Shown one piece after another: positions 63,531 through 64,000 of a DNA stretch of 64,000 nucleotides. The notes under the pieces are model-generated. The model did not search any database, was not told the origin of the DNA, and saw nothing but the letters and a program-made list of their open reading frames with translations. The stretch's first letter is position 1; every line of letters starts with the position of its first letter. This stretch comes from Vicugna vicugna (taxonomy: Eukaryota). A program made the translations under genes and the position numbers. The stretch is taken from assembly GCA_013265495.1 (NCBI GenBank), contig MU058198.1, positions 2,058,419 to 2,122,418 on the forward strand, read 5' to 3'.

Positions 63531-64000
63531 GACTAAATTTGTATTTACACTGTCTTTATGACAAGTGCGTGAAAAAATGTTAATATACTATTGGATTCTA
63601 TAATTTCTCTTTTAAATTTGGCTTGTACCAGGACTAAAAACCTCAATTTTATGTTCATGTCAGTGGGGATATTTTTAAATGTCTACATTCTTTTAACTGT
63701 TAGAAGACCAAAAATAATTGTATTACAATCAAAAAAAGGTAACTGTCAAGTACTTACACTACATTTCATATTCTTCTATTTTTGGAATAGTTTAAGAAGT
63801 ATTCACATTGATTCTTCTTTAAATGTATGGTACAATTCACCTATGTAGTCATGTTATCTTAAACTTTTTTGTTGGAAGTTTTTTTAATTACTGACTCAAT
63901 CTTCTAAGAAGAACATAAAACTATTACTGTCTATTTTAATCTGATAATTCAATTTCAATTCCATCCAAAAACTAAACTTTTACTCCCCCACACCCTTAAA

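Overview
Mammalian genomic DNA, probably camelid, inferred from a tRNA-derived Vic-1-like SINE and a young L1 3' UTR family. The window holds two tandem + strand ABCA3-family lipid transporter genes, most likely from the ABCA14/15/16-type cluster; the exact paralogues cannot be fixed from sequence alone. Gene 1 contributes its last five coding exons (NBD2 to C-terminus, 5202-14414, polyA signal at 14532). A CpG island at about 15.3-16.5 kb follows within about 1 kb and is the probable promoter of gene 2. Gene 2 contributes its first ten coding exons (ATG 22414 to 58183; 1572 nt, 524 codons, open when spliced) and continues past the window. The introns are mostly L1, plus Tigger1, MER68-like LTRs, MER33/Charlie, MIR and L2. 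Repeat family names come from recalled consensus sequences and repeat boundaries are approximate unless TSDs are given. The most notable details are a 245-bp tandem duplication that creates a decoy 3' splice site and half-exon in gene 2, a GC-AG intron, a germline-type promoter motif set with two candidate first exons, and loss of the ABCA3 Lys174 cleavage loop. I see no convincing evidence of a wholly new biological system; most ORF-track entries are repeat-derived or spurious.
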